A DNA stretch of 64,000 nucleotides, taken from Cycas panzhihuaensis. Taxonomy: Eukaryota; Plantae; Cycadophyta. Each line of letters starts with the position of its first letter. Position 1 is the stretch's first letter. Below the pieces are notes generated by a model. That model made no database searches. It was not told the origin of the DNA and saw only the letters and a program-made list of their open reading frames with translations. Location: NCBI GenBank assembly GCA_023213395.1, contig CM041465.1, positions 149,985,741-150,049,740 on the forward strand. Reading direction: 5' to 3'. Position numbers and translations under genes: made by a program. Below, piece by piece: positions 38,401 to 51,400 of this stretch.

Positions 38401-39653
38401 TCTTGCATTAATTCAAAGATGCTGTGTGTAAAGAATTTGAGATGATAGATTTAGGTCTTATACATTACTTCCTAAGACTGGAAGTCTAGCAAGACAAGAA
38501 TGGAATTTTTATCTCCCAACATAAATATACCTTGGACCTTCTACAAAAGTTCATAATGACATATTATAAACCATTAGAAACCCTAGCTAAAACAGGAATC
38601 AAACTTTCTAAGATAGATGACTCTACTTCAGTTGATCTAACACTCTACAGACAACTTATTAGAAGTTTGATATATTTAACGTCCACCCAACCAGATATAA
38701 CATACTTAGTTAGTGTTGTATCTAGGTTCATGCAAGATCCAAAGACCTCTCACTGGCAAACAACTCAGAGAATCCTTAGATATCTCAAAGGAACTCTAGA
38801 TTATGGGCTATACTACAAAACTTCCTCAAAATTTTAGTTGATTAGTTATACAGATTTAGATTAGGCAAGAGATATTAATGACAAAAAATTCACAATGGGT
38901 TATATATTCAGTATGGGATTAGTAGCAATAACATGTAGCACAAAGAAGTAGAACACAATTTCCTTATCCACAACTGAGGTAGAATATAAAGTGACAGTAG
39001 CAGGTATAGGTGAATTAGTTTAGTTGAGAAGACTATTATAGGATTTCCAGCTTGAACAGGAAGGTCCCGCTAGAATTTGGTGTGATAATCAGAGCACCAT
39101 CCAAATGGAAAAGAATCTGGTCTTCCATGGCAGAATGAAACACATTGAGACTCAATACCATTTCATTTGGGAACTAATACATGAAGAAGAAATTAAGTTG
39201 GCCTATTGCAACACTCAAGACCAGACAATAGATATATTTATAAAGGCTTTGGGAAAAGTCAAATTCTAGAAATTTAGAGAAAGTTTAGGAGTCATTCATA
39301 TTGGGCATTATGGGATAGAATGTTGGGATAACCCCTAATATGCCTAAGGAGATGTGCACCTAGGGCCCTTCAAAGCCACCTTTGGGGCTCCCTAGGGCAC
39401 CTAGAGCCACTAAGAGCCAACGTATCATCCTTAAGGTATTGCTTCATTATTTAATTATATTTTTAATATTATTTTAAATTATTTTAGTTAATGTGCAGGT
39501 CGAGTTGAGGTGCTTTCTGCCTTCCCAAATTTCCTATAAATGGGTTGGGAATACCTCCCTGGTGTTTTTCAACACCGTCATTGATTCAGAGATCAATGTT
39601 AACACAAGATGCACTCATCATTGTAGTCCCGCTCTGCACCTCTGCATCATTCA
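35447..39653 (+). mobile_element. Element G: Ty1/copia nested in the RT of F, with the 5' LTR/leader/gag N-terminus deleted
   Basis: TSD AGAAA on both sides, 3' LTR 39321-39653, and only a ~31-bp stub of the 5' LTR (35447-35478) fused to mid-gag. PR, INT, RT (KARLVAKGYAQKEG, LKQAPRA) and RH present. Confidence 0.94.
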
Positions 39654-40709
39654 AGAAATTCAACATGAGTAAATACAAGTCAAGTTTTACTCTTATTGAA
39701 CTCAGGTTAAAGTTAAATAAAAATGAAGATTCTATTTTAGTTGATCATACTCTATATTGTCAATTGATAGGAAACCTAATTTACTTAACCAATACTTGAC
39801 CAAACATTACATATGTAATGAACTCAACTTTGAGATACATGTCAAAACTAGAGGAAGAATACTAGGAAGTAGTAAAGAGGGTCCTTAAATACATGAGAGG
39901 AATATTGAACTATGGACTTTGGTATACTCCATCAAAAGAATTCAAGTTGAATAGATATTTAGATATAAATTAGGTAGGTGATATTGGAGATAGAAAATTA
40001 ATTTTATGATATATATTTAATGTTGTTTCAAAATTAATATCATAGAATGTAAAGAAATATCCATCAACTTTTTTGTCCACAACAGAAGCAAAATATAAAG
40101 TAATCGAGTTAGCAAGAAGACAAGTAATTTATCTTAGAAGAATTCTTAAAGACTTTAATAAACCTCAATAGGAACTAATAATGATCTGTTGTGATAATCA
40201 ATGTATAATCTAAATGACTATAAATCTAGTTATACATAGCAAAATAAAACATAGAGACATCAAACATCACTACATCAGAGAACTCATTTAGAATTAACAA
40301 GTTTAACTTTAGAACTATAAAATAAAAGACCAAGTTGTAAACATTCTCACTAAGGTATTATCAAAGGATAAATATCTCCATCTTAGACATAATTTAGGTA
40401 TACATCCAAACATACATTATGGAGGAGTATTAGAAGATAATGCACATTTAATAGAATTAACTAAGTAAAAGGTCACATATGATTGGTCAACATAAAGGCC
40501 AAATATAATTGATTGTAATTAAGGCACATATGCTCACAATATAACTATAAGTATACCTACATGGTGAGATGTATGATTGATTAAAATATGATCGAATATT
40601 GAGACATGATTATGATTATAATATGTTGAGGTCTATTATGGAATTACTTTGGTATTATTCTATTGATCCTGGTTATGTTATTCTATGTGATCATATTTCT
40701 AATAAGTAG

Positions 40710-41460
40710 CTCTACTCACTTCTACCACTAGAGATGTCATCATAACCCTTATTTTTCACCACATTATATACTACTTTTTGGTTCTTGATATTATCATTAC
40801 TAATAATGGAACCCCTTTTTGTAACAAAGATGTTGATGAGTTGTGTGATAAGTTTTCTATCACTTAATAGACCTCATCCCCATATTATCCCTAATTAAAT
40901 GGGTAAATAGAGGCCTTTAATAAGTCATTGGCTAAAACCTTAGCCAAAATTATCTCAACCTCTCAAAAAAATTAGTATACCTTACTTTTTCTAGTGCTTT
41001 GGGCCTATCATACATCCATTCACAATGCCATAAGGATGACCCCTTTTTATGCTTGTGTATGGTATCAAGATTGCCTTACCACACAAGTTTGAGGTATAGT
41101 CACTTTACATCTCCCATAAAGAGTTCATTAATAATAAGTGCTTGTGCCAGGCTTCCCTACTCAAGTTAGAACAACTTAATGAGATGTGATTTTATGCCTA
41201 CCAAACTAATATCTCTTCTAAAAAGAAGACACAATATAAATATGATAAGAAACTATGACCCCACAAATTCAAAGTTAGGGACCAGGTGCTTACATTAGAT
41301 TATCTCCATAAGAAATAACATAAGTTTACACAAAGTAGGTCAGTCCCTTTCTTATAATTAAATATATTAATAATAGAGCTTATCAAATTTTCATAATGGA
41401 TGGGAGTAAACTTGAGAATCCAACTAACTCTTAGTTCCTCTACTTATACTATGTATATCT
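40710..41460 (+). pseudogene. Element B integrase core and C-terminus
   Basis: IITNNGTPF, YYP*LNG*IEAFNKSL, VLWAYHTS, MTPF..VYG, FKVRDQVL, GPY/F-like motif. Confidence 0.87.
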
Positions 41461-42240
41461 CCCTACCTCTCACACTCTATAATAAGCTTAAACTATGACA
41501 TACTCTAAAATAAATATAAACTCCATGTATATCCTTTTAGCCATGATTATTTTCTAGGTCTGCCTTTAGTTTCTTATGTCTTTAGTATTTTGACTTTCTA
41601 AGACCAGTATTTAAAGCAATAAATAAGAACTGAGTTATATTTATAGAAAGAAAAGAATTACTTTAAGAAGATGATGAAAGGTTACGTTGATAGTTTTCTT
41701 AATGTCTTTATGGATGAAGGACCCTGATTACTATAATATCCTAGTTGTTTCCCTTGATAAAAGATCCCTTCAATTATTTTTCTAAGAGATATGATTATTT
41801 AGAAGAAGCATCATTTGGGTGAATGTTAGTAGGTTATTCACAATGTTAATGGATACTTGTATGACATTTATTAGGTACTATAAATATAATCCTATTTTTC
41901 CTCTCACAAGAAAGGTTAGAGTAGGGTCTAAGCGACGCTTATTATATTGTGTGTTATATCCTCTAAGTGATTACTTTGGTGCTCATTTATAGTAGTTAGT
42001 TTTTAATATAGGAGGAATGCCCCTCATGGTTTTCCAAAGTAATTTTCTTAGTCCTACTGATGCAACCTAGCCACTCTTTATTACTTTACACCTTCTTTTA
42101 GAGCTTTATTCCTTATTAAGAATGTCATGTCTCTCACACTTGTTAAACATATTGGTTAATCTTCACTATATAGAGGGATAAAGAGAAGAAATAAGATTAG
42201 TCATTCACACATCCATCATAAAATAAATACAAAAGATGGA

Positions 42241-42259
42241 TCTCTCTCTCTCTCTCTCC

Positions 42260-42318
<59 letters not shown>
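42241..42318. repeat. (TC)n-(TA)n compound microsatellite
   Basis: Seen directly. Confidence 0.97.
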
Positions 42319-42321
<3 letters not shown>

Positions 42322-43187
42322 AAAATAAATCATGTGTACAAAATGTTATATAGTCCTAACTTCCATGAGTGCTCATAAAGCTCTAAATAGATATAATGAT
42401 CACTCCCAACAATAATGAAGTGGATATATAAACCCCTTAATACGGCCTATTCTCAATACCATCTCTTAAGGTTTTGTATTATGTGTGCTCTATGATGGAC
42501 TAGCTCCATCTCTGTCACCCCTATTGCTCTGTATACCTACCTTAGAAGCTATAAAAGGAAGAGGTTGACCCCTTATGAAATGTCTCATACTCTTTATCAC
42601 TATATGGTCCTCCTCCAAAATGGCATTCATGGCCCCCATATCCACTACCTACCTCTCAATCCCTCTCACTCATTCATCCAATGAATTTAACATCTCCCAT
42701 GCTCTATAGATGGCTACTAAGTGGGACATATCATCCTTCTAAGGAATAACTTCCTCTAGACTCCATAATAGAGGATCATCTAGCCTCCAACTAATGGATA
42801 GGATTACATCTAATCCTTAGTGTATTGTCACATAGCTTACTATATCCTCCCCTATACAAAATCTAACTTTGATTATCCTCACATACTACTAAGAAGTAAA
42901 TAATTAAATACTTAATTGAGAAACTTAAAAGTAAGTGGTAGTGTTTAAAGTTTTTCACCTATTATACCAGCTCCTCCTTAACCTCTAATACCATCTCCTC
43001 CTCCTCCAATTGGTGGTGTAATTAGGGGTTGATTTCCCTCTCCCTAACCCTCTCCATCACCTCTACCTTATGGGCGGGCCCTCCAACCCCATCTTGACCA
43101 CCTTGGCCACCTCCTTTATTATCATCCACATTATCTAATGCCTAAATAATCATAACATATGGATACTTTAATAAATTTAATTATATA

Positions 43188-44763
43188 TATAGTGATCCTA
43201 ATAAATTAAAGAGAATTTGGTATTTTATTAGAAATTAGTTTCATTACCATTATTATGTATTTACCATTGTAAATTAATATGAAGTCTTTTTTATATTAGG
43301 AAGCTTGTATTTTATTATTGATATTACTATTGAAATCCATTTTTTTAATAGGAAGTCACATTACCATGTATAAATAAGGAACACCACTAGTTTATTATAT
43401 ACATTTTATTTTTAGATTAATCCTAATTTTATCTAGCACTTTATGCCTATGACAATTTTGCTTATTTAACTTTCTTTTGTACTTAAAGAAGTAGATCTAA
43501 TTTAGGATCACACTAAGTTGTATCTTGAAGTGATCCTAAATTGGATTTACTTCCTCTTGATATTTATTCTTGAAGTTTATAAATTCTTCACTTGTGTAGT
43601 CTCTTTAAGATTCAAACCGTCTCTTTATAATTTTTTCTTCAAACTTTATAAGAAAAGCTTGTAAGAAATGTTCTCAATTACGATAGTAATCTAAAAGTCT
43701 TTTAGTGGCCTAGTCCTAAGATTCTTCACCTATATATTCTTAAATATAAGAGCAAAATAGCCTTCTTACCATGTGGGAATAAATATTAAAGCCCTTTTCT
43801 ACCTTATCTGACCATTTTATAGCTTGTACTCCTCTATCTTTGGTAAAAATAGAAATATTGAGCTCTAACTTTAGATATTAAGTTTAAATAACAATTGTTA
43901 TATTAAATTAGAGCTAAAATACATCAAATAATAGCTCAAAATGATGTCATCTAAATTAGGATTCTAATGATATAGATAAAATAAATTCTAATACTTATAG
44001 TAGAAGTTCTAGCCTCTTTAAGGTGGGTTATGATAAAGGTTTTTATGAACTATAATAATATCCATTACTAAAATATTAATAATATTTTTCTCTAATATCT
44101 AATGGATCTAGAATCATTTTCAATAGAAAGTAGCTTTCAAAGTGTATAGTATCAAAAAATAATTAAGGTTAATTAGGACCTTATAGCTAAAGTTATAGAT
44201 GTTTTAAATTGTAGTAATAGATTTTAGGTCCTAAAGATGATGACAAACAGTAGGTTGAAATTAAATTTCTTATCATTTTCATAAATTTACTTCAAAATCT
44301 ATAGTATAACCACTCAAAATTTATAGAAAAAGCTTGATCAACTCAAAATTTATATTATTTTTTTGAAATTCTTCTATTTATACTTAAAAAAATGCAAATC
44401 CTTAATAGGCCAAAAATGAAGCTCTAATACTACTTGAAGTGGTCCTAAATTGGATCTCCTTCTTTAAACACAAAAGAAAGGTGAAATAAAAGTTGAATTA
44501 AAAAAAAAAAAAAATCAAGCACTAAGTGCAAAATAAAATTAGGATTAGCCCAAAAATAAAACTTATATAATGAATTAGGGGTCTTTCCTATTTATAGGTG
44601 TCAGTATGACTCTCTATTAAAAAGTTAACTTTAATAATAATATTAATAATAAACTACTAACTTCATAATATAAAAGACTAACTTTATATTAAGTTAAAAA
44701 TACCAACACCCTAATAATAATAATAGAATACAAAATTCTCCTGAATGGATTAAGATCACTATA
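43188..44763 (-). mobile_element. Element H: rearranged LTR-element remnant with LTR copies in inverted orientation at its ends
   Basis: 43188-43515 is the reverse complement of 44435-44763. Decayed PBS GCTCTAATACTA at 44421-44432, a 30-bp LTR stub at 43526, and internal sequence resembling the leader of element E. Confidence 0.75.
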
Positions 44764-44989
44764 GTGTAGTTGTATCTAAGGATGACACCCCTATATATCT
44801 CACTATGCTTTCTTTAGGGCACCTTCATGTAGACCTCACCATTTACTTATTCATTATTAGCTCATCTCTCCTTAAGTTTCTCATCATCCCTTGAGGGCAT
44901 ACTATGCTTAGATGATTGAACAACTAATCCTAAAGTATATAATAATATGAAATCCCTCTTTCATCATGTTGTCTGATAATAATTAATTG

Positions 44990-44992
<3 letters not shown>

Positions 44993-45053
<61 letters not shown>

Positions 45054-45054
45054 T
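44993..45054. repeat. (TA)n-(TAGA)n microsatellite
   Basis: Seen directly. Confidence 0.95.
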
Positions 45055-48000
45055 AATGAGTAGGGACTAATTATACCTCACTTCCCTCTTACACCTCATA
45101 ATCACTAGGATCTAACTACTTGGAATGTTAGTGTAGTTATACCAACTAAAGATATGAAACACAGTTACTAAAGATAAAATTCTATACCCTAGAGGTACCT
45201 CATCTATGCCCCACATGGCCTAAAGGTATGCCTCATTATGGACACAATGATCTATAAAAGTACTTAAATATATACATGCTTGATTCAAAGCCCCATTTGT
45301 TGGCATGATGGTAATCCTAACCCTCCTTCCTCAGTAAAACAAAATCTTAGGATCTTCCTAATATCACTTAGGATAATACGTAAGTCCCATTTCCCTCTCA
45401 ATCAAAAGTTATTAGCCTTAGGACCTAGTGGCTAATTAAGTTTATTAATAACCTAGTATATGTGCCCAATGGATTGGAAAACTAATCTCTCAACACCTCA
45501 CACCTCTACAACATTATTCTATTCCTGTTAGTCAAACTATCTCTAATCTCATAAAATATATTTCCATCATTATCCCATAATCTAATATGTTGAAGTCTTT
45601 GTAAGTTTAAAACTATAAGAAAGTGATTAGTCCTAATAAAAGAACATTCATTATAACTTTTGTAGATTTTAATCCATTAAAATTTTACCTTTAAAATCTT
45701 AAATTTTAGTCCAAAAATATTTTTCTTAATTTGGTAATATGCCCTTATTAAATTATAATTAGCCCCATCAAATTTAGAGTGATCTTACCACTAATTTTGA
45801 CAATACTACCAAATTTCTTAGTGGCACTACCAAATTTGTTAGTGGTACTACCAAATTTATAATAATATCAAGGATTTAGGGGTTGCTTGTTGAATTTTTA
45901 TAGATTGATACTGCCAAAACATAAAATATGTTGCAAAGAATATCAAATTAAAAATTATCGAAGAGTTTTCAATGGTTAAAATTCTTTGTATAATCCCATT
46001 AAGCTTTACCACCCTTGATTTAGAAGATGCTAGGATATATTTGCTCTTTATTTAACTAATTTCAATGAATTCTAATATTAAAAGTCCCCTTCTAAAACCC
46101 TATTCTACTTTTGCTAAAAGTAAAAGTTTTCAACCATTAAAACTCATTAGATAAGCTTATGGAGCATCCATAACCTCATTACCTATGTGTAGGAAATCAC
46201 AACTTATTAAATAGGTCTTTTGATCTTTTACAACAAGCAAAACTCTATCATAGGTGGTTTCATTTAGAAAAGGGTTTAATAAAAATCAATAGCTTCCTTC
46301 CATTTTTAAAGTATTTTTTACCTTTCATCTATTACTTAATGCTTATTTCTTATACTATTTCTTTCATATGATCTTTTTTTTTTTATATTGTATTATCTTT
46401 TGTAAGCTTTATGGCTTATTTGGTCTTGCTTAGTAATAATAATGCAGTTTTAAGGCTTACATACCCTTGTTTATAAGTCCCTTTTTATTTTAAAAAGCTT
46501 CCTAAGTTTACCTATTATTACAAATATTCTTTTATTATTATTATTATTTAACTCATTATGACATGCCACTATTACTTAGTATATTTCACTCTCTTCTATC
46601 ATAATGGATGTAAATCAACCTCACTTTTGTTGTCCTTCCATTTGGATTCTAATCACTTAGTCATGGCACATTTCAACCTTTAGTTTCCCTCCTACTCTTT
46701 CATTATCTTACCCCTTCATCTGCATAATAGAACCATTATAAATCACCATCATGCTTTATTTGTTCAAGAATTATTAGTTCTAGAAATCTTTATCATTTCC
46801 TTGGGTTAGTTGGGAGATCATATAATCTATCTATTCCATCAAAATCACCAAGTGAATAGGGAATTCACTATATAATATGGCCTCTTTCCCAAATAATTAC
46901 CATCATAGACCACTACCTTAGCATTTAATGTTGTTTGCATGATGATCTCATCCCTACTTATCACTTAGTAGTGCAAGTCTAGGTCAGGTGGATCATGTAA
47001 TAACTTTAGATCTTAGTTGTAAATAACTAATCTCCTTTAATAATCAAAACTTATTTAATATTATAACATATGTTCAAGTTTAAATATGAAGTATTAATAA
47101 TCACTCTAATAATAGCATCTTAGAATCTGGGATAAGTTATGTGACAACCCCGTTTCCATCTATTGCTTAGTAGTTTAGATCTAAATAGTTTGTGACCTTT
47201 AGGACCTTTAGATTTAACACTACTCTAGCCTACTTTGCCATTGGTTATATTGAAACCTATTGTAGTTATCATCTCTTATACTTGAAATACCTATAAATTC
47301 CCTTATTCTCTTACAATTCTAGCCAACATCTTGTTTCCTCAATCATTTTCCATCCTCCTCCATCCATCTAGTAGTTCCTTAGTCCAACTCCCATGGGTTA
47401 TGATTACATGCATGGTGTTGGTCATCTATACAAATGGAAGAGTCAAGGAAACTTAGGGCCTTTCATTACTAGTTAGATTATTAGAGCTACTTCTTGTCAC
47501 ATTATCACAAGTATAGGGTTGTTTCTTCCCTTTGCTACAAATAATCTAGTTAAGTATATTATTATTACAAGTGTCCTTCAAGATGCAACCCATAACTATC
47601 TATCTCATAATATCCTTTGCATGAATTTCCTCTTGGTTATCCACTAGTTAGTTGACATCTATCAAACCCTTAGCCCTTAGCTTCATGTATTTATTAATTC
47701 AGTTAGGTGTGTCTTAGTACACTTTACACATGTATAAATTTACCACATCTCTAGACCCTAAAATATTGAGGTTGATTGTCTTGTTCATTGTATCCTTGCT
47801 TAATACCTTTAACTAGTATTCATTGATAACTTTCAACATCCTATGACACTACAATCACCAAGCCTTGGTTGTTAAGTAGGTAAATATTTCCTTAAAATTT
47901 TGCCTCCTTACTCATTAGATTTTGTTTCCTCTTCATTTTTGCTTTATCTAGGTTTGATTATTTGATGTGATATTATTGTGCACTATGAGTATTTATTTTT

Positions 48001-48488
48001 AGGGCATCAAAGATTAGAAAATTTAGCTTAACCATGTAGAGAGTGAAGGCCTATCCTCTTTATACTATTATCTAACCCTTAGCTATTATACCTTGGCTTT
48101 TGTTGAGAGTTTTTCATGATTTTGTCTATCTATTTTTCCTTGAGAATTATTATTTGTTTGGTTTTTGTTTTTTAATAGTATTATCTTACCACATTAATTT
48201 TTTTAGCAGGATCCTTCCAAGTTTATATTTAATCCTATAAAAATATAAGAGTATGTAATATACCACCATAAATTATATTTGTACCACTAAAAAAATGGGC
48301 TATACTACTAAAATTTATAGTATAATTAGTGTAATTTTTCCATATGCTACCTAATTTTGGTGGTATTGTCTATTCTAATCTTAAAAAAATCTTAATTTTA
48401 ATATTATTTTATGTTCTATTTTAGCTTTTTTACCAAATAAAATGTAACATGGAATACAATAGGCCAAAATACAAGTGGGTTCTTATAA

Positions 48489-51400
48489 AAACCATGTTCT
48501 AAAGTACTTGATTTAATCTTATAAGCTCATTTAGTATGGGGTATTTTGTCCCTCATTAGATCTTTTGCTACTCCCTTGGTTGTCCTTTTACTTTGATCTC
48601 TTTCTCATGAGCTTTTATTATTGTATATACTTATTTTATAGGTATTGGATATTTGTCATGATGAGTGATATGCTTATGGAGAAGTTGTGATGATCCCCTT
48701 TTGTTTGTGAAGTAAAATGACTAGTTGGCATACTCTAATATCATGTTAAAATTTATAAAAAATATTTGGTTGTCTTAAAACTATTGTTACTTTTTCTAAA
48801 TTTGGCTATTTACACCTCTATGATTGTAGATCTTTAATAAAACCTTCATTTACTTTATACCTACTTCAAACCTATTTGAATCATAATTATACCTCATAAA
48901 ATATCACCAATAAATATATGTGGAATCTCATAAACTTTTGAAACCCTCATTTCTTCAAAGATTTCATATATCTCTATCATTTCTCAATAGTAAATTACTT
49001 TTCTAAAAAGATACCATCAGATAGAAGAAAATCCATAAATAACATGGATAAAAATTTATATCAAGTAAAATAAGGTATAAGAGATGCACTTCTTTATTAT
49101 GTTCTCCTTTATAGGGTGATTGGTCTTACATAGGGTGTTCATTTCTCTTCTTCATTCAAATATCAATCATGGACTTACAATGAAACCTACATGCTTATGA
49201 TATAGGCTTACATATGTAAAATATATCTACAAATTCACAATAATAATTACTTACCAATTAGGAGATCCTCTTTTTATTTTTACACCAATTCTTCTTCATA
49301 TTTTCTTTATCTTGTCCCAAAGTCTTGGCCATATATCATTAGTATAACCTATTTTTTGGATCATCAAATAAACTCATGATATTAACTCCTAATGCTAAAT
49401 CACATTGATCTATCATTAGCTTATATGATGAATGCATGGATCAGCCTCAAATGGCAAAGATTTATATCATATGTATGGTCTTTAACTTGCTATGTCAACT
49501 TGATTTATTTTGCTTCTTACTTCCATTGCACAACTTTAATTTGACATCTTATTAATATTTTTATGTATGCTTTAGGATCTCTCTACTTATTCTCTAATAT
49601 CATGTTAAAGTTTATTGTATAGGATAACAACTTAATGTAATAAAGTAGAATGAAATATAATTACACGATCAATTAACTATATAATAAACATAATAAATGA
49701 ATAAGGATAAGGCAAAGATTCAATTATACAAACATTATATATGACACTATATTTACTATGAAAAGTTTATGAATGGGAAAAACCACCTCTAAATTATAGA
49801 AGATATTTTATTAAGGAAGAATAAGCAACAATACTTCCGGTAAGTCATCATAGCCTCATAAGGAGGACTGGATGATCTAATCTGCCTTATAATATATATT
49901 TCCATTATATAAATGTATTACCTTACCATCATCCAATCATCACTAAACACTAATTAAATATTATATTAATATCTATAAACTTTGATATTTCTAACACTTT
50001 GGTATCCCATTACTTATGGGTCTGCCCTTATCACTTAGCTTTCTAAATAAAATTTTCTATACTTTTACGTCCTAATTTTTATCAAAAATTAGTTTCTCTA
50101 AGCCATCATTATCATCCTCTTACTTTTAATTTTGTAAGCGAATTAGTGAGGATTTTGTTTCCTTCTTGTTTAAGGAACAAGACTTACCAATAATTTGCTT
50201 CTCTCATGTCACTTTTTTAAGTAAGAATTATTGTGCCTAATATTTTATGAATGTGATTATGATCTTTTTTATTTTTTCAGTGCATTTCATTCATTGGTTT
50301 AAGGTTTTTCATTTTTTTCTGATGGCATTTATGATTGGACTTCTAACCAAGGGACTCTCCCTTGATTATTTCATTATTAAGACCAATTTCCCTTACATGT
50401 TCTTAAATAGTTTAATTACTTACTCTTTGCCTTACCTCCCCTCTTATATACTAGTAGTATAAATTATTTAATTAGCCTTCTAATCATAATTATAAGGTGT
50501 TCACCACCCTCACATTCACATATAATTAGTGTGTAATATTTATCTTCTTATTTCAAATTTTATTTAGGGTATATTTTAAATCACTCTTATTAAAAGAAAT
50601 TTGAGTTATATTTATCTTTTAAAAAATTATTTTTTAAATCTTTTATAGCAAAGGGGATTTAACTAATATCATATTTACATAACCTTATCTTAATTTTGTG
50701 TTGTGGTTTGTAGCCTTTTTGTGTTTTGAGGTGCTTTTTCTTAGACCTAAAGTAAGACACTCTTAAAGAAAAAAGCTAAAATTCACTAAAGGAAAAATCA
50801 GTAAATATAAAAATTATAAAATAGAATAACTAAAAGGAATCCCAAAAGGTAATCACTTCTTTTTCTTACCCTTAGCTTTTATCATTTTATTTAGATCTCT
50901 TGTGAAATATTATTGTTTTCCTTATCACTTAGGTGTATGGATGTGATTATGAAGAGAAAAATCAAGTATAAGTGCACTTGGAGCTTAGGCCCTCTAGTTG
51001 CTTATTTTCTTTTATGAATCTACTTATTTGATCTTTATTATTTCCTTTATGCAACTTACCTGGCATGTTTAGTTAAGGGTAGATTTGTATTTGATTGATG
51101 TTACTTGCTAAAAACATAGTAGTTGCATCTCATTATTGCTTGTGATTATCATATATTACTAACCCCTTTGTAGTAAAAATAACATCTATAGAAATCATCA
51201 CACCTACACATGCAAAATTAGTCATTAGAATATAGTTGACCTACTATCGATGTGTTGTGAGAAAGGGGTTAAAGATGTATAAGATGATGGATCCTTTTAC
51301 CTTAAGTGGAGTTATAAGGAGACCTACAAGGATTTCCTATAGTTTTGAGCAAGGCCTTTATTTAGGATTTTTCATTATTAGGTAAATATATTTGGTGATA

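Larger units (their letters stand above)
29725..40704 (+). mobile_element. Element F: degenerate Ty1/copia, interrupted by element G
   Basis: ~276-bp LTRs 29725-29999 and 40428-40704 (termini decayed to TA...TA), TSD AGTGG/AGTAG, decayed Met PBS at 30000, PPT ATGGAGGAG. Confidence 0.92.
42490..45420 (-). pseudogene. Decayed, apparently spliced antisense accessory ORF in the 3' region of element B
   Basis: GC-richer exon-like blocks (42490-42888, 42959-43141, ~44764-44929, ~45076-45144) are bounded by AG/GT and AT-rich intron-like gaps. Stops are mostly CAA/CAG/CGA-derivable. Ends ...DGASPS*. Confidence 0.55.

Noticed and set aside
39545-39799. Novel fusion ORF
   Set aside because: Chance read-through from the LTR of G across the TSD into the RT remnant of F.
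43188-44763. DIRS or MULE/foldback element with terminal inverted repeats
   Set aside because: The repeats have LTR-type termini and an adjacent Met-tRNA PBS, and there is no recombinase/transposase or matching outer TSD.
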